NCBI GenBank assembly: GCA_963667785.2 | Contig: CAXXMU010000006.1 | Coordinates: forward strand, 320,001-384,000 | Direction: 5' to 3' | DNA length: 64,000 nucleotides | From: Alphaproteobacteria bacterium | Lineage (GTDB): Bacteria; Pseudomonadota; Alphaproteobacteria; UBA828 | In this document: positions 18,714 through 31,249 of the stretch, in pieces | How positions within the stretch are numbered: the stretch's first letter is position 1 | How the letters are laid out: the number at the start of each line of letters is the position of its first letter | Translations under genes and position numbers: made by a program | Notes under the pieces: generated by a model | Seen by the model: the letters and a program-made list of their open reading frames with translations, nothing else | Told to the model about the DNA's origin: nothing | The model's database searches: none

Positions 18714-18852
18714 TGGGCATCCGTGGCCTGGACGTGGCAGCCGCTGCAATCGGCGATGACAGGACGATCATGGTAGCCGGCCCCGCACACCGCCCTTCCA
18801 TGCGTTCCGGCGCGGGGCGGCCGGGCGCCGACCGCTGCGAGGGTCAGTCGCG

Positions 18853-20127
18853 GTGATGCTGCCGGGCATGAGTTCCTTGCGGAGGATCGCGGTCGTCGGG
18901 CGAGGCACCGCAGGGTCCCTGGCGGCCGCGAGCGTGTCCCGGCTTCTCTCGGGCAGCGACCACGAATTGCACCACATATACGATTCGCGCATCCCCGTTA
19001 TCGGCGTCGGCGAAGGCAGCTGGCCGAGCCTGGTACAGGAACTGCAGCGGCTGACCGATTTGCCCCACGAAACGGTCCAGCAGCGCCTGAAGGGAACGCG
19101 CAAGTACGGCGTGGCGTTCGAGGGATGGGGGCGACGCGGCCGCGACTTCACCCACTACTTCACGCCGCAACAGGTGTCCTACGCCTACCACCTGTCAGCC
19201 GACTTGATGGGCGAGCTGTTGCACGAAAGCACGCGCGCTCGCCACATCGACGCAAGGGTGCTCGACATCGCGAGGGTGGAAGGCGGCGCGCAGGTGGAAT
19301 GCGAGGGCCTGGCGCCGGAGCGCTATGATCTGGTCTTCGATGCCCGCGGGTTCCCCAAGGAGCTCGATCCCGACCGCCACATCGACATTTCCTTCATCCC
19401 CACCAACACGGCCGTCATCCGCCGCTGCCCGGCAATCGTCGAGGACAGGCAGGACGGGCCGGTCGTGCAGCATACCTACACCCGTGCGGTCGCGCGTCCG
19501 CACGGCTGGATATTCGTCATTCCGCTGACGGTCCACACGTCCTACGGGTACATCTTCAACCGCGACGTCACCGGCCTTACCGACGTGGAGTCGGACTTCG
19601 ACGCATTTCTCGAAGGCGACGGCGTGTCGGAATTCGAACAACGCGCCGTCATTCCCTTTCCCAACTATGTCCACCGTCAGATATTCGATGGTGCGGTGGC
19701 ACGCGTCGGCAACGCGGCGGCCTTCATGGAGCCTCTCGAAGCGACGGCGATCGTATCCGCCCAGTTGCAGATCGGGATGGTCCCCCACATGCGCCTCAAC
19801 CGTTCGATCGAGCATCTCGAGCGCGACGCACCGGTGGTCAATCGCTTTCTCATCAGCAACATGCTCTGCTACGGCCTGTTCGTCGGCTGGCACTATTCCT
19901 GCGGTTCCCGGTACGACAGCGAGTTCTGGCGCCACGCCCGCAACCACGTCTGGCCTCGACACCGAGAGGCAGCGGACCCCGAGGCGGTGGATTGCACCGC
20001 GCTCCGCAAGTTCGACGACATGATCGAACTGATGAACCGGGCAGTCATCGACAAGGCGGACTGGAACCGGATGTGCGCGGTCCCCCTCACCAGCTACGCC
20101 CAGATGTCGCAGGGGCTTGGCGTTTAG
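18853..20127 (+). CDS. srpI: Flavin-dependent tryptophan-halogenase-family enzyme (SrpI-like peptidyl halogenase)
   Basis: GRGTAG Rossmann motif, IGVGEG, catalytic-Lys context GTRKYGVAF, GWIFVIP, FMEPLEAT. About 420 aa; start may be the ATG at 18868. Confidence 0.88.
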   Translation: MMLPGMSSLRRIAVVGRGTAGSLAAASVSRLLSGSDHELHHIYDSRIPVIGVGEGSWPSLVQELQRLTDLPHETVQQRLKGTRKYGVAFEGWGRRGRDFTHYFTPQQVSYAYHLSADLMGELLHESTRARHIDARVLDIARVEGGAQVECEGLAPERYDLVFDARGFPKELDPDRHIDISFIPTNTAVIRRCPAIVEDRQDGPVVQHTYTRAVARPHGWIFVIPLTVHTSYGYIFNRDVTGLTDVESDFDAFLEGDGVSEFEQRAVIPFPNYVHRQIFDGAVARVGNAAAFMEPLEATAIVSAQLQIGMVPHMRLNRSIEHLERDAPVVNRFLISNMLCYGLFVGWHYSCGSRYDSEFWRHARNHVWPRHREAADPEAVDCTALRKFDDMIELMNRAVIDKADWNRMCAVPLTSYAQMSQGLGV

Positions 20128-20132
20128 AGCCT

Positions 20133-20149
20133 ATCCGTCTGTGACGGAT
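20133..20149 (+). terminator. Hairpin after the halogenase gene
   Basis: ATCCGTC-TGT-GACGGAT just after the stop, T-rich tract further downstream. Confidence 0.35.
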
Positions 20150-20236
20150 GCGGGCTGACTCTTTGGTATTCTTCGATTGTAGGGGGGGCGAAGTTACACG
20201 CCGAACGATACCCTGCGCCACATGGCGCGCAATCGC

Positions 20237-21094
20237 TCACGGAGCGGTTGAGCCCTGCCGGCCGGCAAAGAACCGGCAGAGCTCGGAATCCGGCATCTGC
20301 TCTTCCGCATAGCTGAAGGTGCCGTGATCGCGGATCTCCGCGGCCGCCCGCCGGATGAGTCCGAAGGTGGCGCGGGCGAGCGACCCGCCGATGCTGACGC
20401 GCTTCACCCCCAGGTCCTCGAGCTGGTTCACGCTCATCGGGCTGCCGGCGAGACCCATGACCACGTTGACCGGGGCGCCGACTTCCCTCACCAACCGGCC
20501 GATGGTCTCAGCGCCGGCGATACCGGGCACGTAGAGGCAATCCGCGCCCGCGGCCCGATAGGCCACCGCCCGTGCCACCGATTCCCCGAACGGGTCCGGG
20601 TGCCCGACGAGATAGCACTCGGCCCTCGCGGTGAGCGTGAAGGGAAACGGCAGGGAGGAAGCTGCCGCCGCGGCCGCCTCGATCCTCTCCGTCGCCAGCA
20701 CCCGATCGTAGAGATCGCCTGTACCGTAAGCGACCGCATGGTCTTCGATGCTGGCGCCGACCGCGCCGGTCTCCGCCACCCGGCGGATGGTCTCGGCCAC
20801 CTCCTCCGGGGTGTGTCCGTAGCCGTTCTCGGCATCCACGCTGACCGGTATCCGAACCGCACCGGCAATCCGCTGGGTCTCCTCCAGCGCCGCGTCCCGG
20901 CCGAGCGCCCCCTCATAGTCGGGGAGCCCCAGGCAGTACGCGATGCCCGCGCTCGTCGTGCCCACCGCCGGGAAGCCGGCCGCTTCGAGCATGCAGGCGC
21001 TGCCGGCGTTCCACGCGTTCGGCATCACGAATATCCCGTCGGCCGCATGCAGATCCTTGAACGCCGCTCCCTTGGCTTTCTGCGCTTCATTCAT
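20237..21094 (-). CDS. Isocitrate lyase/PEP mutase family protein
   Basis: MPNAWNAGSA, TTSAG, VDAENGYG, SIED, GADCLYVPG, GVKRVSIGG. Confidence 0.9.
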   Translation of the reverse strand: MNEAQKAKGAAFKDLHAADGIFVMPNAWNAGSACMLEAAGFPAVGTTSAGIAYCLGLPDYEGALGRDAALEETQRIAGAVRIPVSVDAENGYGHTPEEVAETIRRVAETGAVGASIEDHAVAYGTGDLYDRVLATERIEAAAAAASSLPFPFTLTARAECYLVGHPDPFGESVARAVAYRAAGADCLYVPGIAGAETIGRLVREVGAPVNVVMGLAGSPMSVNQLEDLGVKRVSIGGSLARATFGLIRRAAAEIRDHGTFSYAEEQMPDSELCRFFAGRQGSTAP

Positions 21095-21172
21095 GGTCGC
21101 GCTTTCGTTTGCGATCCCGGAAGATGGCGTCCCTGCGACGGACGGATCGGCCCTCGATGCGGCCGGCGCGGC

Positions 21173-21862
21173 TCACGACCCCGAGCCCTCGGAGTTCGGC
21201 TGCTTGCCGTAGGTCTTCATGATCTCCAGGACCTCGGCCATCTTGCGGCTCAGGATGACCGTGGGTTCCCTGCCGGCGGCCGCGCCGATGGCGAGGGTGC
21301 GGCAATAGAGCTCGGCGAGATACTCGACCTCGACCAGCAGCCTGACGCAGGCGTCGGGCGTCTCGCCGATCACCACGGCGCCGTGGTTCTGCAGGAGACA
21401 CGCCTTCCGCCCGTCGAGCGCCTCGACCGCCACGTCCGAGAGCGCCTGGGTCGTGGGCGTGCGGTAGGGCGCGCAACGGATGCTCGTGCCACCTGCGGCA
21501 GCCACCATGTAATGCACCGCGGGGATCTCCAGCCCGAGCACGGCGAGCGCGGTGCAATGGACGGAATGGCTGTGCAGGACCGCGTCCACGTCGGGCCTGG
21601 TGGCCAGGATGTCGCGATGCAGCCGCCACTCGCTGGTGGGGCGGAGCGGGCTCTCGTGCCCGCCGGCGAAATCCATCTCGACGATGTCGCCCGGCGTCAT
21701 GGTCTCGTAGTCGCGCCCGGAGGGCGTCACGAGAAAGCGCTCGCCGGCCCGGAACCCGATATTGCCCGAGGTGCCGTGATTGAGGCCGAGCGCGTTCATC
21801 CTGCGGGCGGCATCGAGGATGGCGCGCCGCGCCCGGAGGTTCGTGGTTCGCTTCCGGGCCAT
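21173..21862 (-). CDS. Class II aldolase/adducin family (FucA-like)
   Basis: GTSGN, TPSG, PTSEWRLH, HSHS, LQNHG. Confidence 0.88.
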   Translation of the reverse strand: MARKRTTNLRARRAILDAARRMNALGLNHGTSGNIGFRAGERFLVTPSGRDYETMTPGDIVEMDFAGGHESPLRPTSEWRLHRDILATRPDVDAVLHSHSVHCTALAVLGLEIPAVHYMVAAAGGTSIRCAPYRTPTTQALSDVAVEALDGRKACLLQNHGAVVIGETPDACVRLLVEVEYLAELYCRTLAIGAAAGREPTVILSRKMAEVLEIMKTYGKQPNSEGSGS

Positions 21863-21905
21863 GAGGGTGCAAGCGGCGGACTCTAGGAGCCGCCCGGGCC
21901 TCGCG

Positions 21906-22549
21906 TCATTGCTCGAGGGCGGCGACGATGTCCGCCGTGATCGCGTCGATATCGCCGCCGCCGTCCACCCGCGCGAAGCGCCCGCCGGCCTCGTAGTGGG
22001 GGATGATCGGCGCGGTCTGCTCGCGGTAGGCGGCGAGCCGGGCGATCATGGTCTCGCGGTTGTCGTCCGCGCGCCGGGTGAAGTTCGTGCCCCCGCACTG
22101 GTCGCAGACGCCCTCGGTCGCCGGCAGGTTGAAGCGCTCGTGATAGCCGGCACCGCAGTCAGCGCAGGAGAAGCGGCCGACGATGCGCTCGATCAGCGCC
22201 TCCTCGTCGACCTCGATGGCAACCACCCTGTCGAGCACGAGGCCGCGCTCGGCCAGCATCTCGTCCAGCGCCGCGGCCTGCGCCACCGTGCGCGGGAAGC
22301 CGTCGAGGATGAAGCCGTTGGCGCAGTCCGGCGCCTCGATCCGCTCCGCGATCAGCGCCACCATCAGCTCGTCCGGCACCAGCTCGCCGGCCTCCATGAT
22401 CGCCTTCGCCTGGGTGCCGAGCGCGGTGCCGGCCTTGACGGCGGCCCGCAGCATGTCGCCGGTGGAGATCTGGACGATGCGGAAGCGCTCGACCAGCCGC
22501 TGCGCCTGCGTGCCCTTGCCCGCCCCCGGTGGGCCGAGAAGGATCAGGT

Positions 22550-22553
<4 letters not shown>
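21906..22553 (-). CDS. adk: Adenylate kinase (zinc-lid type)
   Basis: TTG start overlapping the secY stop; [23 protein letters not shown], CxxC...CxxC lid. Confidence 0.95.
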
Positions 22554-23893
<1,340 letters not shown>

Positions 23894-23898
23894 GTTCG

Positions 23899-24402
23899 TC
23901 AGGCTTCCTTCGTCGTTGCCTCGGCCTCTGCCTCGGCCTTGGCCGCCACGCTGACGGTCACCGAGCCGCCGGCAGCCTCGACCGCGGCGATCGCCGCCTT
24001 GGATGCGCCGGTCACCTCGACCGCGACCGCGCTCTCGATCCGGCCCTTGGCGAGCAGCCGCACGCCGTGCCGCCCGCGCACCAAGCCGGCCGCAGCGAGC
24101 GCTGCCTCGGTGACGGGCGCGCCGGCGTCGATCCTGCCACGCTCGATCGCCTCCTGCAGGCGGCCGATGTTGACGGTCTCGAAGGTCTTGCGGAAGCGCG
24201 CGTTGGTGAAGCCCCGCTTGGGCAAACGCCGGTAGAGGGGCATCTGGCCGCCCTCGAAGCCCTTGAGGGTGACGCCCGCCCGGGACTTCTGGCCCTTGTG
24301 GCCGCGACCCGAGGTCTTGCCCCGGCCCGAGCCGATGCCGCGGCCGAGCCGCCGCCCCTTCTTGGACGCGCCCGCGCGGTCCTTGAGCTCGTTCAGCCGC
24401 AT
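23899..24402 (-). CDS. rplO: 50S ribosomal protein L15
   Basis: [39 protein letters not shown]. Confidence 0.97.
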   Translation of the reverse strand: MRLNELKDRAGASKKGRRLGRGIGSGRGKTSGRGHKGQKSRAGVTLKGFEGGQMPLYRRLPKRGFTNARFRKTFETVNIGRLQEAIERGRIDAGAPVTEAALAAAGLVRGRHGVRLLAKGRIESAVAVEVTGASKAAIAAVEAAGGSVTVSVAAKAEAEAEATTKEA

Positions 24403-24623
24403 CACTCCGCCTCCGCCTCCACCGGCTCGGCCCGCACGAGATGCGAAATCTTGTCGATCATCCCGCGCACGGCGGGCGTGTCCTCAAGGACGCGGCTCCG
24501 GTGCATCTTGTTGAGGCCGAGGCCGACCAGCGTCGCGCGCTGCTTCGCCGGACGGCCGATCGGGCTGCCGATCTGGGTGACGCGCACCTTGCGCGCCTTG
24601 GCCTCGGCCGCACGTCCCGCCAT
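24402..24623 (-). CDS. rpmD: 50S ribosomal protein L30
   Basis: [10 protein letters not shown]...TLVGLGLNK...DTPAVRGM. Confidence 0.96.
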   Translation of the reverse strand: MAGRAAEAKARKVRVTQIGSPIGRPAKQRATLVGLGLNKMHRSRVLEDTPAVRGMIDKISHLVRAEPVEAEAE

Positions 24624-24626
24624 CGC

Positions 24627-25205
24627 CTACTCCTGCCCCTTGTCGGCCGCAGCGGACTCGTCCTGGCCGAAGATCTGGCTCACTGTCCGGTTGCGCTTGG
24701 CCGCGACGGCGCGGGGGGAATGGCAACGCCCCAGCGCATCGAACGTCGCCTTGACCATGTTCTGCGGATTGGAGGTGCCGACCGACTTGGCGACCACGTC
24801 CTTCACGCCCAGCATCTCGAACACGGCGCGCATCGGGCCGCCCGCGATGATCCCGGTGCCGGGCGGTGCGGCGCGAACGATCACCTTGCCCGCCCCGAAG
24901 CGCCCCTGGACATCGTGGTGCAGGGTGCGCCCCTCGCGCAGCGGCACGCGGATCATGCGCCGGCGCGCCTGCTCGGTCGCCTTGCGGATCGCCTCCGGCA
25001 CCTCGCGCGCCTTGCCCGAGCCGCCGCCGACGCGCCCGCGCTGATCGCCCACGACGACGAGCGCCGAGAAGCCGAAGCGCCGGCCGCCCTTCACCACCTT
25101 GGCGACGCGGTTGATGCTGACCAGCTTGTCGAGAAGCTCGGGCTCCTCGCGGTCCCTGTCCCGCTCCCGCCCGCGGCCGCCGCGATCCATGGATGGTCGT
25201 GCCAT
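24627..25205 (-). CDS. rpsE: 30S ribosomal protein S5
   Basis: [24 protein letters not shown]. Confidence 0.98.
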   Translation of the reverse strand: MARPSMDRGGRGRERDRDREEPELLDKLVSINRVAKVVKGGRRFGFSALVVVGDQRGRVGGGSGKAREVPEAIRKATEQARRRMIRVPLREGRTLHHDVQGRFGAGKVIVRAAPPGTGIIAGGPMRAVFEMLGVKDVVAKSVGTSNPQNMVKATFDALGRCHSPRAVAAKRNRTVSQIFGQDESAAADKGQE

Positions 25206-25220
25206 AGTGGGCCCTTCCCC

Positions 25221-25571
25221 CTAGAAAGAGAGGCCGCCTTCGCGGGCCGCCTCGGCAAGCGCGCGCACGCGCCCGTGATACTGATATCCCCCGCGGTCGA
25301 AGACCACTTCCTTGTGACCGGCGGCCAGCGCACGCTCGGCGATCAAGGCGCCGACGCGGCCTGCGGCCGCGCGGTCCGCTCCGCTCTGGCTGCGCAGCGC
25401 GCCTTCCACCGTCGAGGCCGCGGCGACCGTCCTGCCCGCTCTATCGTCGATCACTTGGGCGTAAATGTGGCGGTTGGAGCGGAAGACCGAAAGCCGGGGC
25501 CTGCCGCCCGCGGCGGTGCGCAGCTTGAACCGCACCCGCTGCTTCCGCTTATCGAAGTCGCTCTTGCTCAT
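25221..25571 (-). CDS. rplR: 50S ribosomal protein L18
   Basis: [28 protein letters not shown]. Confidence 0.97.
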   Translation of the reverse strand: MSKSDFDKRKQRVRFKLRTAAGGRPRLSVFRSNRHIYAQVIDDRAGRTVAAASTVEGALRSQSGADRAAAGRVGALIAERALAAGHKEVVFDRGGYQYHGRVRALAEAAREGGLSF

Positions 25572-25573
25572 GG

Positions 25574-26107
25574 CTACTTCTTCTTGCCCTCCTTGCGCCG
25601 GACGTACTCGCCGACATAGCGGATGCCCTTGCCCTTGTAGGGTTCCGGCTTGCGGAAGGCGCGGATCTCGGCGGCCACCTGGCCGACCGCCTGGCGGTCG
25701 GCGCCGGCGACCCTGATCGCCGTCGGCCGCTCGCAGGTGATCTCGATGCCGTCGGGGATCGGAAACTCGATCCTGTGGCTGTAGCCGAGATCGAGCGTGA
25801 GCGTGCGGCCCGCGACCTGGGCCCGGTAGCCGACACCCTCGATCTGCAGGTCCTTGTGGAAACCCTGGCTGACGCCCACCACCATGTTGTTGATGACGCT
25901 CCGGGCGAGCCCCCACATCTGGCGCGCGCGCTTGCCCTCGCCATGCGGCGTGACCACGACCTTGCCGTCGTCGAGCGCCGCGCTCACCTCCGGCGCGATG
26001 CGCCCGTCGAGGCGGCCGAGCTTGCCCGCCACGGAGACCAAGGCGCCGTCGATCGTCACCTCGACGCCGTCGGGGATCGGAACCGGATTCTTGCCGACGC
26101 GGGACAT
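25574..26107 (-). CDS. rplF: 50S ribosomal protein L6
   Basis: [20 protein letters not shown]. Confidence 0.97.
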   Translation of the reverse strand: MSRVGKNPVPIPDGVEVTIDGALVSVAGKLGRLDGRIAPEVSAALDDGKVVVTPHGEGKRARQMWGLARSVINNMVVGVSQGFHKDLQIEGVGYRAQVAGRTLTLDLGYSHRIEFPIPDGIEITCERPTAIRVAGADRQAVGQVAAEIRAFRKPEPYKGKGIRYVGEYVRRKEGKKK

Positions 26108-26108
26108 C

Positions 26109-26504
26109 TCAGAAGACCCGGCAGAGCACTTCGCCGCCCACATTCTGCTGGCGCGCCTCGTTGTCGGAGAGCACGCCGCGCGGCGTGGAGAGAATGGAGA
26201 TACCGAGCCCGCCATAGTAGCGGGGCAGGTCCTTGATGCCTGAATAGACCCGCCTGCCCGGCTTCGACACCCGCTGCAGCTCGGCGATCACCGGGCGACC
26301 CTCGTGGTACTTCAGCTCGATCGAGAACGCCGGCTTGCCGCCGTCCGTCTCCGCCGGCTCGTAGCCGCGGATGTAGCCCTCGCGCTTCAGCACGTCGAGC
26401 ACGGCGCCGCGCAGCCTGGACGCCGGCGACAGGACGGCGGACTTGCGCGCCTGCTGCCCGTTCCGGATCCGGGTCAGCATGTCCGCGAGCGGATCGGTCA
26501 TCAT
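26109..26504 (-). CDS. rpsH: 30S ribosomal protein S8
   Basis: [26 protein letters not shown]. Confidence 0.97.
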   Translation of the reverse strand: MMTDPLADMLTRIRNGQQARKSAVLSPASRLRGAVLDVLKREGYIRGYEPAETDGGKPAFSIELKYHEGRPVIAELQRVSKPGRRVYSGIKDLPRYYGGLGISILSTPRGVLSDNEARQQNVGGEVLCRVF

Positions 26505-26514
26505 GGCTTCGGCC

Positions 26515-26820
26515 TCACCAGCTCGACTTGACCATGCCGGGCACCTGGCCCGCCGAGGCGAGCTCGCGGAGCGCGATGCGCGACAGGCCGAACTTGCGAT
26601 AGGTGCCGCGCGGCCGGCCGGTCAGCCCGCAGCGGTTCCGCACCCGCACCTGAGCCCCGTTGCGCGGCAGTTGCGCGAGCTTGAGTTGCGCCGCGAAGCG
26701 TTCCTCCGCCGGGCGCGAGCGGTCGCGCACGATGGCGCGCAGGCTGGCGCGCTTGGCGGCATCCCGCTTGGCGAGGCGGCGGCGCCTGTTGTTCTTCTCG
26801 ATGGTGCTCTTCTTTGCCAT
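26515..26820 (-). CDS. rpsN: 30S ribosomal protein S14
   Basis: [12 protein letters not shown]...PGMVKSSW. Confidence 0.97.
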   Translation of the reverse strand: MAKKSTIEKNNRRRRLAKRDAAKRASLRAIVRDRSRPAEERFAAQLKLAQLPRNGAQVRVRNRCGLTGRPRGTYRKFGLSRIALRELASAGQVPGMVKSSW

Positions 26821-26843
26821 CTCCGTGCCCGGCTCCTCCGCGC

Positions 26844-27404
26844 CTAGTGGCCTGTGAACGGCATTCCGAAGCCGGCGAGCAGAGACCGGCCCTCGTCGTC
26901 GTTCCTCGCCGTCGTGCAGATGACGACATTCATCCCGCGCACCTGATCCACCTTGTCGTAGTCGATCTCGGGAAAGACGATCTGCTCCTTGAGGCCCAGC
27001 GCATAGTTGCCCCGGCCGTCGAACGCGCGTCCCGAAAGCCCGCGGAAATCGCGCACCCTGGGGAGCGCGATGGTGACCAGCCGGTCAAGGAACTCGTACA
27101 TCCTCTCCCGCCTGAGCGTCGCCTTGCAGCCGACCAGCATGCCGGTGCGCACCTTGAACGCGGCGACCGACTTGCGCGCCCGGGTGATGATCGGCTTCTG
27201 ACCGGCGATCAGCGTCATGTCCTGGACCGCCGCCTCGATCTTCTTGTTGTCGGCCGCGCCTTCGCCCACGCCCATGTTGAGCACGATCTTCTCGAGCCTC
27301 GGCGCCTGCATCGCGTTGACGTAGCCGAACCGCTCCATGAGCTGAGGCCTGACCTCGCTTTCGTAGAGCGCCTTGAGCCGGCTCGCGCCGTTGGCTTCAG
27401 ACAT
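26844..27404 (-). CDS. rplE: 50S ribosomal protein L5
   Basis: [25 protein letters not shown]. Confidence 0.97.
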   Translation of the reverse strand: MSEANGASRLKALYESEVRPQLMERFGYVNAMQAPRLEKIVLNMGVGEGAADNKKIEAAVQDMTLIAGQKPIITRARKSVAAFKVRTGMLVGCKATLRRERMYEFLDRLVTIALPRVRDFRGLSGRAFDGRGNYALGLKEQIVFPEIDYDKVDQVRGMNVVICTTARNDDEGRSLLAGFGMPFTGH

Positions 27405-27720
27405 CGATCACTTCTCCGGAGCGGGCCGCGGCACGCACCTTGCGCCCGTCCTCGAGGGTCTTGTAGCGGACCCGGGTGGGGCGATCGCTCGCCGGATCGA
27501 TCAGGGCGACGTTGGAGATATGGATCGGCGCCTCGCGCTCGACAATGCCGCCCTGAGGGTCGCCCTGGCTGGGCTTGACGTGGCGCTTGGTCACGTTGAC
27601 GCCCTCAACCAGCACCCGGTCGGTCTTGGTGACGACCCTGAGCACGGCGCCGCGCTTTCCCTTGTCGCGGCCCGTGAGGACGATCACCTCGTCATCCTTG
27701 CGAATTTTTCTCTTGCGCAT
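27397..27720 (-). CDS. rplX: 50S ribosomal protein L24
   Basis: [17 protein letters not shown]. Confidence 0.97.
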   Translation of the reverse strand: MRKRKIRKDDEVIVLTGRDKGKRGAVLRVVTKTDRVLVEGVNVTKRHVKPSQGDPQGGIVEREAPIHISNVALIDPASDRPTRVRYKTLEDGRKVRAAARSGEVIDV

Positions 27721-27726
27721 GGCCGC

Positions 27727-28095
27727 TCACAACACTTCGGGCGCGAGTGAGATGATCTTCATGTACTGGCGGGCGCGGAGCTCGCGGGTCACCGGCCCGA
27801 AGATGCGGGTGCCGATCGGCTCGCCCTGCGCCGTGATGAGCACCGCCGCGTTGCTGTCGAAGCGGATGGCGCTCCCGTCCGGGCGCCGGATCTCCTTGGC
27901 GGTTCGCACGATGACGGCGCGGTGAAGCTCGCCCTTGCGCACCTTGCCGCGCGGGATCGCCTCCTTGACGGTGACCACGATCGTGTCGCCGACCGAGGCG
28001 GTCTTGCGCTTCGACCCGCCGAGCACCTTGACGCACTGCACGCGCCGGGCGCCGGAGTTGTCGGCGACATCCAGATTCGTCTGCATCTGAATCAT
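27727..28095 (-). CDS. rplN: 50S ribosomal protein L14
   Basis: [16 protein letters not shown]...SLAPEVL. Confidence 0.98.
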   Translation of the reverse strand: MIQMQTNLDVADNSGARRVQCVKVLGGSKRKTASVGDTIVVTVKEAIPRGKVRKGELHRAVIVRTAKEIRRPDGSAIRFDSNAAVLITAQGEPIGTRIFGPVTRELRARQYMKIISLAPEVL

Positions 28096-28128
28096 GGCAC
28101 CCGCTCCTTCCGCTCAGCGCCGGAACGC

Positions 28129-28377
28129 TCAGCCCTGCGCCGCGCCGGCATCGTCGAGGACGATCCAGCGCTTGCGCTTGGAGATCGGCGCGCATTCGCG
28201 AATCTGCACGATGTCGCCCACCTTGCACCTGTTGCCGTCGTCGTGCGCGGCGTAGCGCTTGGAACGGCGCACGACCTTCTTGTAGAGCGGGTGCATGACG
28301 CGGCGATCGACGCGGACGATGACGGTCTTGTCCGCCTTGTCGCCGACCACGGTGCCCCGCATTACACGGCGCGGCAT
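28129..28377 (-). CDS. rpsQ: 30S ribosomal protein S17
   Basis: KTVIVRV...HPLYKK...[11 protein letters not shown]. Confidence 0.96.
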   Translation of the reverse strand: MPRRVMRGTVVGDKADKTVIVRVDRRVMHPLYKKVVRRSKRYAAHDDGNRCKVGDIVQIRECAPISKRKRWIVLDDAGAAQG

Positions 28378-28402
28378 GCCGAGCCTCCTTCAGCCATCGT
28401 CC

Positions 28403-28624
28403 TCACCCGTCGCTCCCAGCCGCCGCGCCCTGCGCATGCCTGCGCTCGGCGACGACCGTCTTGATGCGGGCCACGTCGCGCCTGACGGCACGCATGCGCG
28501 CGGTATTCTCGAGCTGCCCCGACGCCCGCTGGAAGCGCAGGTTGAACGCCTCCTTCTTCAGGTCGAGCAGCATCGTCCTGAGCTCGTCGTCGGTCTTGAG
28601 GCGAATCTCCACGCCGTTCATCAC
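28403..28624 (-). CDS. rpmC: 50S ribosomal protein L29
   Basis: [18 protein letters not shown]. Confidence 0.95.
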   Translation of the reverse strand: MMNGVEIRLKTDDELRTMLLDLKKEAFNLRFQRASGQLENTARMRAVRRDVARIKTVVAERRHAQGAAAGSDG

Positions 28625-29043
28625 GACGCCCCCTCGCCGAGGCGCGCGATCACCTTGGTCCGCACCCTGAACTTCGCCGACGCCCGCCGGAACGCCTCCT
28701 CGGCGACGCTGCGGGGCACGCCGTCGACCTCGAACATGATGCGGCCCGGCTTCACCTTCGCCACCCAGTATTCCGGCGTGCCCTTGCCCTTGCCCATGCG
28801 CACCTCGGCGGGCTTGGTGGAGACGGGCACGTCGGGGAACACGCGGATCCAGATCTTGCCGGTGCGCTTCATGTGGCGCGTGATGGTGCGCCGGCCGGCC
28901 TCGATCTCGCGCGCGGTGATGCGGCCGGGCGAAATCGCCTTGAGCCCGTAGGCGCCGAAATTGAGCTGCGTGCCGCCCTTGGCATTGCCATGGATGCGGC
29001 CCTTGTGGGCCTTGCGGTACTTGGTCGATTTCGGCTGCTGCAT
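28621..29043 (-). CDS. rplP: 50S ribosomal protein L16
   Basis: [25 protein letters not shown]. Confidence 0.97.
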   Translation of the reverse strand: MQQPKSTKYRKAHKGRIHGNAKGGTQLNFGAYGLKAISPGRITAREIEAGRRTITRHMKRTGKIWIRVFPDVPVSTKPAEVRMGKGKGTPEYWVAKVKPGRIMFEVDGVPRSVAEEAFRRASAKFRVRTKVIARLGEGAS

Positions 29044-29062
29044 GATCCGGTCCTGGCGGGGC

Positions 29063-29740
29063 CTAGCGGGGCGTGGCCTGCTCCATGGCGCGCTTGTCCT
29101 GCGCCATGGGGTCGTGCGCCATGATCTCGCCCTTGAACACCCAGACCTTGACGCCGCAGGTGCCGTAGGCGGTGCGCGCCGTGGCGAGGCCGAAGTCGAC
29201 GTCGGCCCTGAGGGTGTGGAGCGGCACCCGGCCCTCGCGATACCACTCGGTCCGCGCGATCTCCGCACCGCCGAGCCGGCCGCCGCAGTTGATGCGGATG
29301 CCCTGCGCGCCGAGCCTGATCGCCGACTGCACGGCCCGCTTCATGGCGCGGCGGAACGCCACCCGGCGCACCAGCTGCTGGGCGATATTCTCGGCCACCA
29401 GCTTGGCCTCGATCTCGGGCTTGCGGATCTCGACGATGTTCAGATGGACGTCGCTGCCTGTCATCCCGGTGATGTCGGTGCGTAGCCGCTCGATGTCCGC
29501 GCCCTTCTTGCCGATCACCACGCCGGGCCGGGCGGTATGGATCGTGATGCGCGCCTTCTTGGCGGGCCGCTCGATGACGATGCGTCCGATCCCCGCCTGG
29601 CTCAGCCGCTTGAAGAGGAAGCCGCGAATCTGCAGATCCTCGTGCAGCAGCTGGGCATAGTCGTCATCGGCATACCAGCGCGAATCCCAGGTGCGGTTGA
29701 TGCCGAGGCGCAGCCCGACGGGATTGACCTTCTGGCCCAT
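29063..29740 (-). CDS. rpsC: 30S ribosomal protein S3
   Basis: [24 protein letters not shown]. Confidence 0.98.
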   Translation of the reverse strand: MGQKVNPVGLRLGINRTWDSRWYADDDYAQLLHEDLQIRGFLFKRLSQAGIGRIVIERPAKKARITIHTARPGVVIGKKGADIERLRTDITGMTGSDVHLNIVEIRKPEIEAKLVAENIAQQLVRRVAFRRAMKRAVQSAIRLGAQGIRINCGGRLGGAEIARTEWYREGRVPLHTLRADVDFGLATARTAYGTCGVKVWVFKGEIMAHDPMAQDKRAMEQATPR

Positions 29741-30120
29741 CAGGCCCCCTTCGCGCGTTCGCGCACGACGATGGTGAGATGACTGAACGGCTTCATCACG
29801 CGCCCGACCCGCCCGCGCGCGCGCGGACGCCAGCGCTTCATCACGAGACCCTTGCCGACCGTCGCCTCGGCGACGACCAGGCGGTCCACGTCCAGCTCGT
29901 GGTTGTTCTCGGCGTTGGCGATCGCCGACTGCAGGCACTTGCGCACGTCGCCGGCGATGCGGCGGCGCGAATGGGCCAGCGTGATCAGCGCCTCGTCCAC
30001 CTTGCGGCCGCGAATGGTGGCGGCGACCAGGCCGAGCTTCTGCGGGCTGATCCGCAGGTTCCGGACCATGGCCTGGGCCTCGGCCTCGCCGAGCCGCCGG
30101 GGACGCGATTCCTTGCCCAT
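29740..30120 (-). CDS. rplV: 50S ribosomal protein L22
   Basis: [26 protein letters not shown]. Confidence 0.97.
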   Translation of the reverse strand: MGKESRPRRLGEAEAQAMVRNLRISPQKLGLVAATIRGRKVDEALITLAHSRRRIAGDVRKCLQSAIANAENNHELDVDRLVVAEATVGKGLVMKRWRPRARGRVGRVMKPFSHLTIVVRERAKGA

Positions 30121-30122
30121 GC

Positions 30123-30401
30123 TCAGCCCCGCCGCGCCCTCTTGTCGCCGGCATGGCCGTGGAACACGCGCGTCGGCGAGAACTCGCCGAACTTGTGGCC
30201 GACCATGTTCTCGTTGACCAGCACGGGCAGGAACTTCCGCCCGTTGTAGACCCCGAAGGTGAGGCCGACGAACTGCGGCAGGATCGTCGAGCGCCGGGAC
30301 CAGGTGCGGATGATGTCCTTGCGGCCGCTCGCCCGCGCCTCCTCGGCCTTCTTCAGCAGATAGCCGTCGACGAAGGGGCCCTTCCACACGGAACGTGCCA
30401 T
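30123..30401 (-). CDS. rpsS: 30S ribosomal protein S19
   Basis: [23 protein letters not shown]. Confidence 0.98.
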   Translation of the reverse strand: MARSVWKGPFVDGYLLKKAEEARASGRKDIIRTWSRRSTILPQFVGLTFGVYNGRKFLPVLVNENMVGHKFGEFSPTRVFHGHAGDKRARRG

Positions 30402-30417
30402 CGACTGTCCCCCTGCC

Positions 30418-31245
30418 CTACTTCTTGCCCCGGCGCCGCATGATGAAGCGGTCGGTTCTCTTGTTGCGCCGGGTGCGTTTGCCCTTGGTCGGCACGCCCC
30501 AGGGTGTGACCGGATGCCGCCCACCCGAGGACTTCCCCTCGCCGCCGCCGTGGGGATGGTCGACCGGGTTCATGGCGACGCCGCGCACCGACGGCCTGCG
30601 GCCCTTCCAGCGCATGCGGCCGGCCTTGCCCTGGTTGGTGTTCTGGTTGTCCGGATTCGAGACCGCGCCGATGGTGGCCATGCAGCGCGCGTGGACCATC
30701 CGCTGCTCGCCGGAAGGGAGCCTGAGCAGGGCGTAGCCCTGGTCCTTGCCGACGAGCTGCACGTAGTTGCCGGCCGAGCGCGCGATCTGGCCGCCCTTCC
30801 CCGGCTTCATCTCGATGTTGTGGATGATTGTGCCGACGGGGATGTTGCTCATCGGCATCGCGTTGCCGGGCCTGATGTCGCAGCGGTCGCCGGAGACCAC
30901 CTTGTCGCCGGGCGAGACCCGCTGCGGCGCCAGGATGTAGGCCTGCTCGCCGTCCTCGTAGCGGATCAGCGCGATGAAGGCGGAGCGGTTGGGGTCGTAC
31001 TCCAGACGCTCCACCGTCGCCGGCACGCCGAACTTGCGCCGTTTGAAGTCGATCTTGCGGTAGCGGCGCTTATGCCCGCCGCCGCGATGGCGCATGGTGA
31101 TGCGGCCGTCGCTGTTGCGCCCGCCCTTCTGGCTGAGACCCTCGGTCAGCGCCTTGACCGGCTTGCCCTTCCACAGGTCGGCGCGGTCCACCAGGATGAG
31201 CTGGCGGCGCCCCGGCGTGGTCGGCTTGTAGTGCTTGAGTGCCAT
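30418..31245 (-). CDS. rplB: 50S ribosomal protein L2
   Basis: [21 protein letters not shown]. Confidence 0.98.
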   Translation of the reverse strand: MALKHYKPTTPGRRQLILVDRADLWKGKPVKALTEGLSQKGGRNSDGRITMRHRGGGHKRRYRKIDFKRRKFGVPATVERLEYDPNRSAFIALIRYEDGEQAYILAPQRVSPGDKVVSGDRCDIRPGNAMPMSNIPVGTIIHNIEMKPGKGGQIARSAGNYVQLVGKDQGYALLRLPSGEQRMVHARCMATIGAVSNPDNQNTNQGKAGRMRWKGRRPSVRGVAMNPVDHPHGGGEGKSSGGRHPVTPWGVPTKGKRTRRNKRTDRFIMRRRGKK

Positions 31246-31249
31246 CGCC

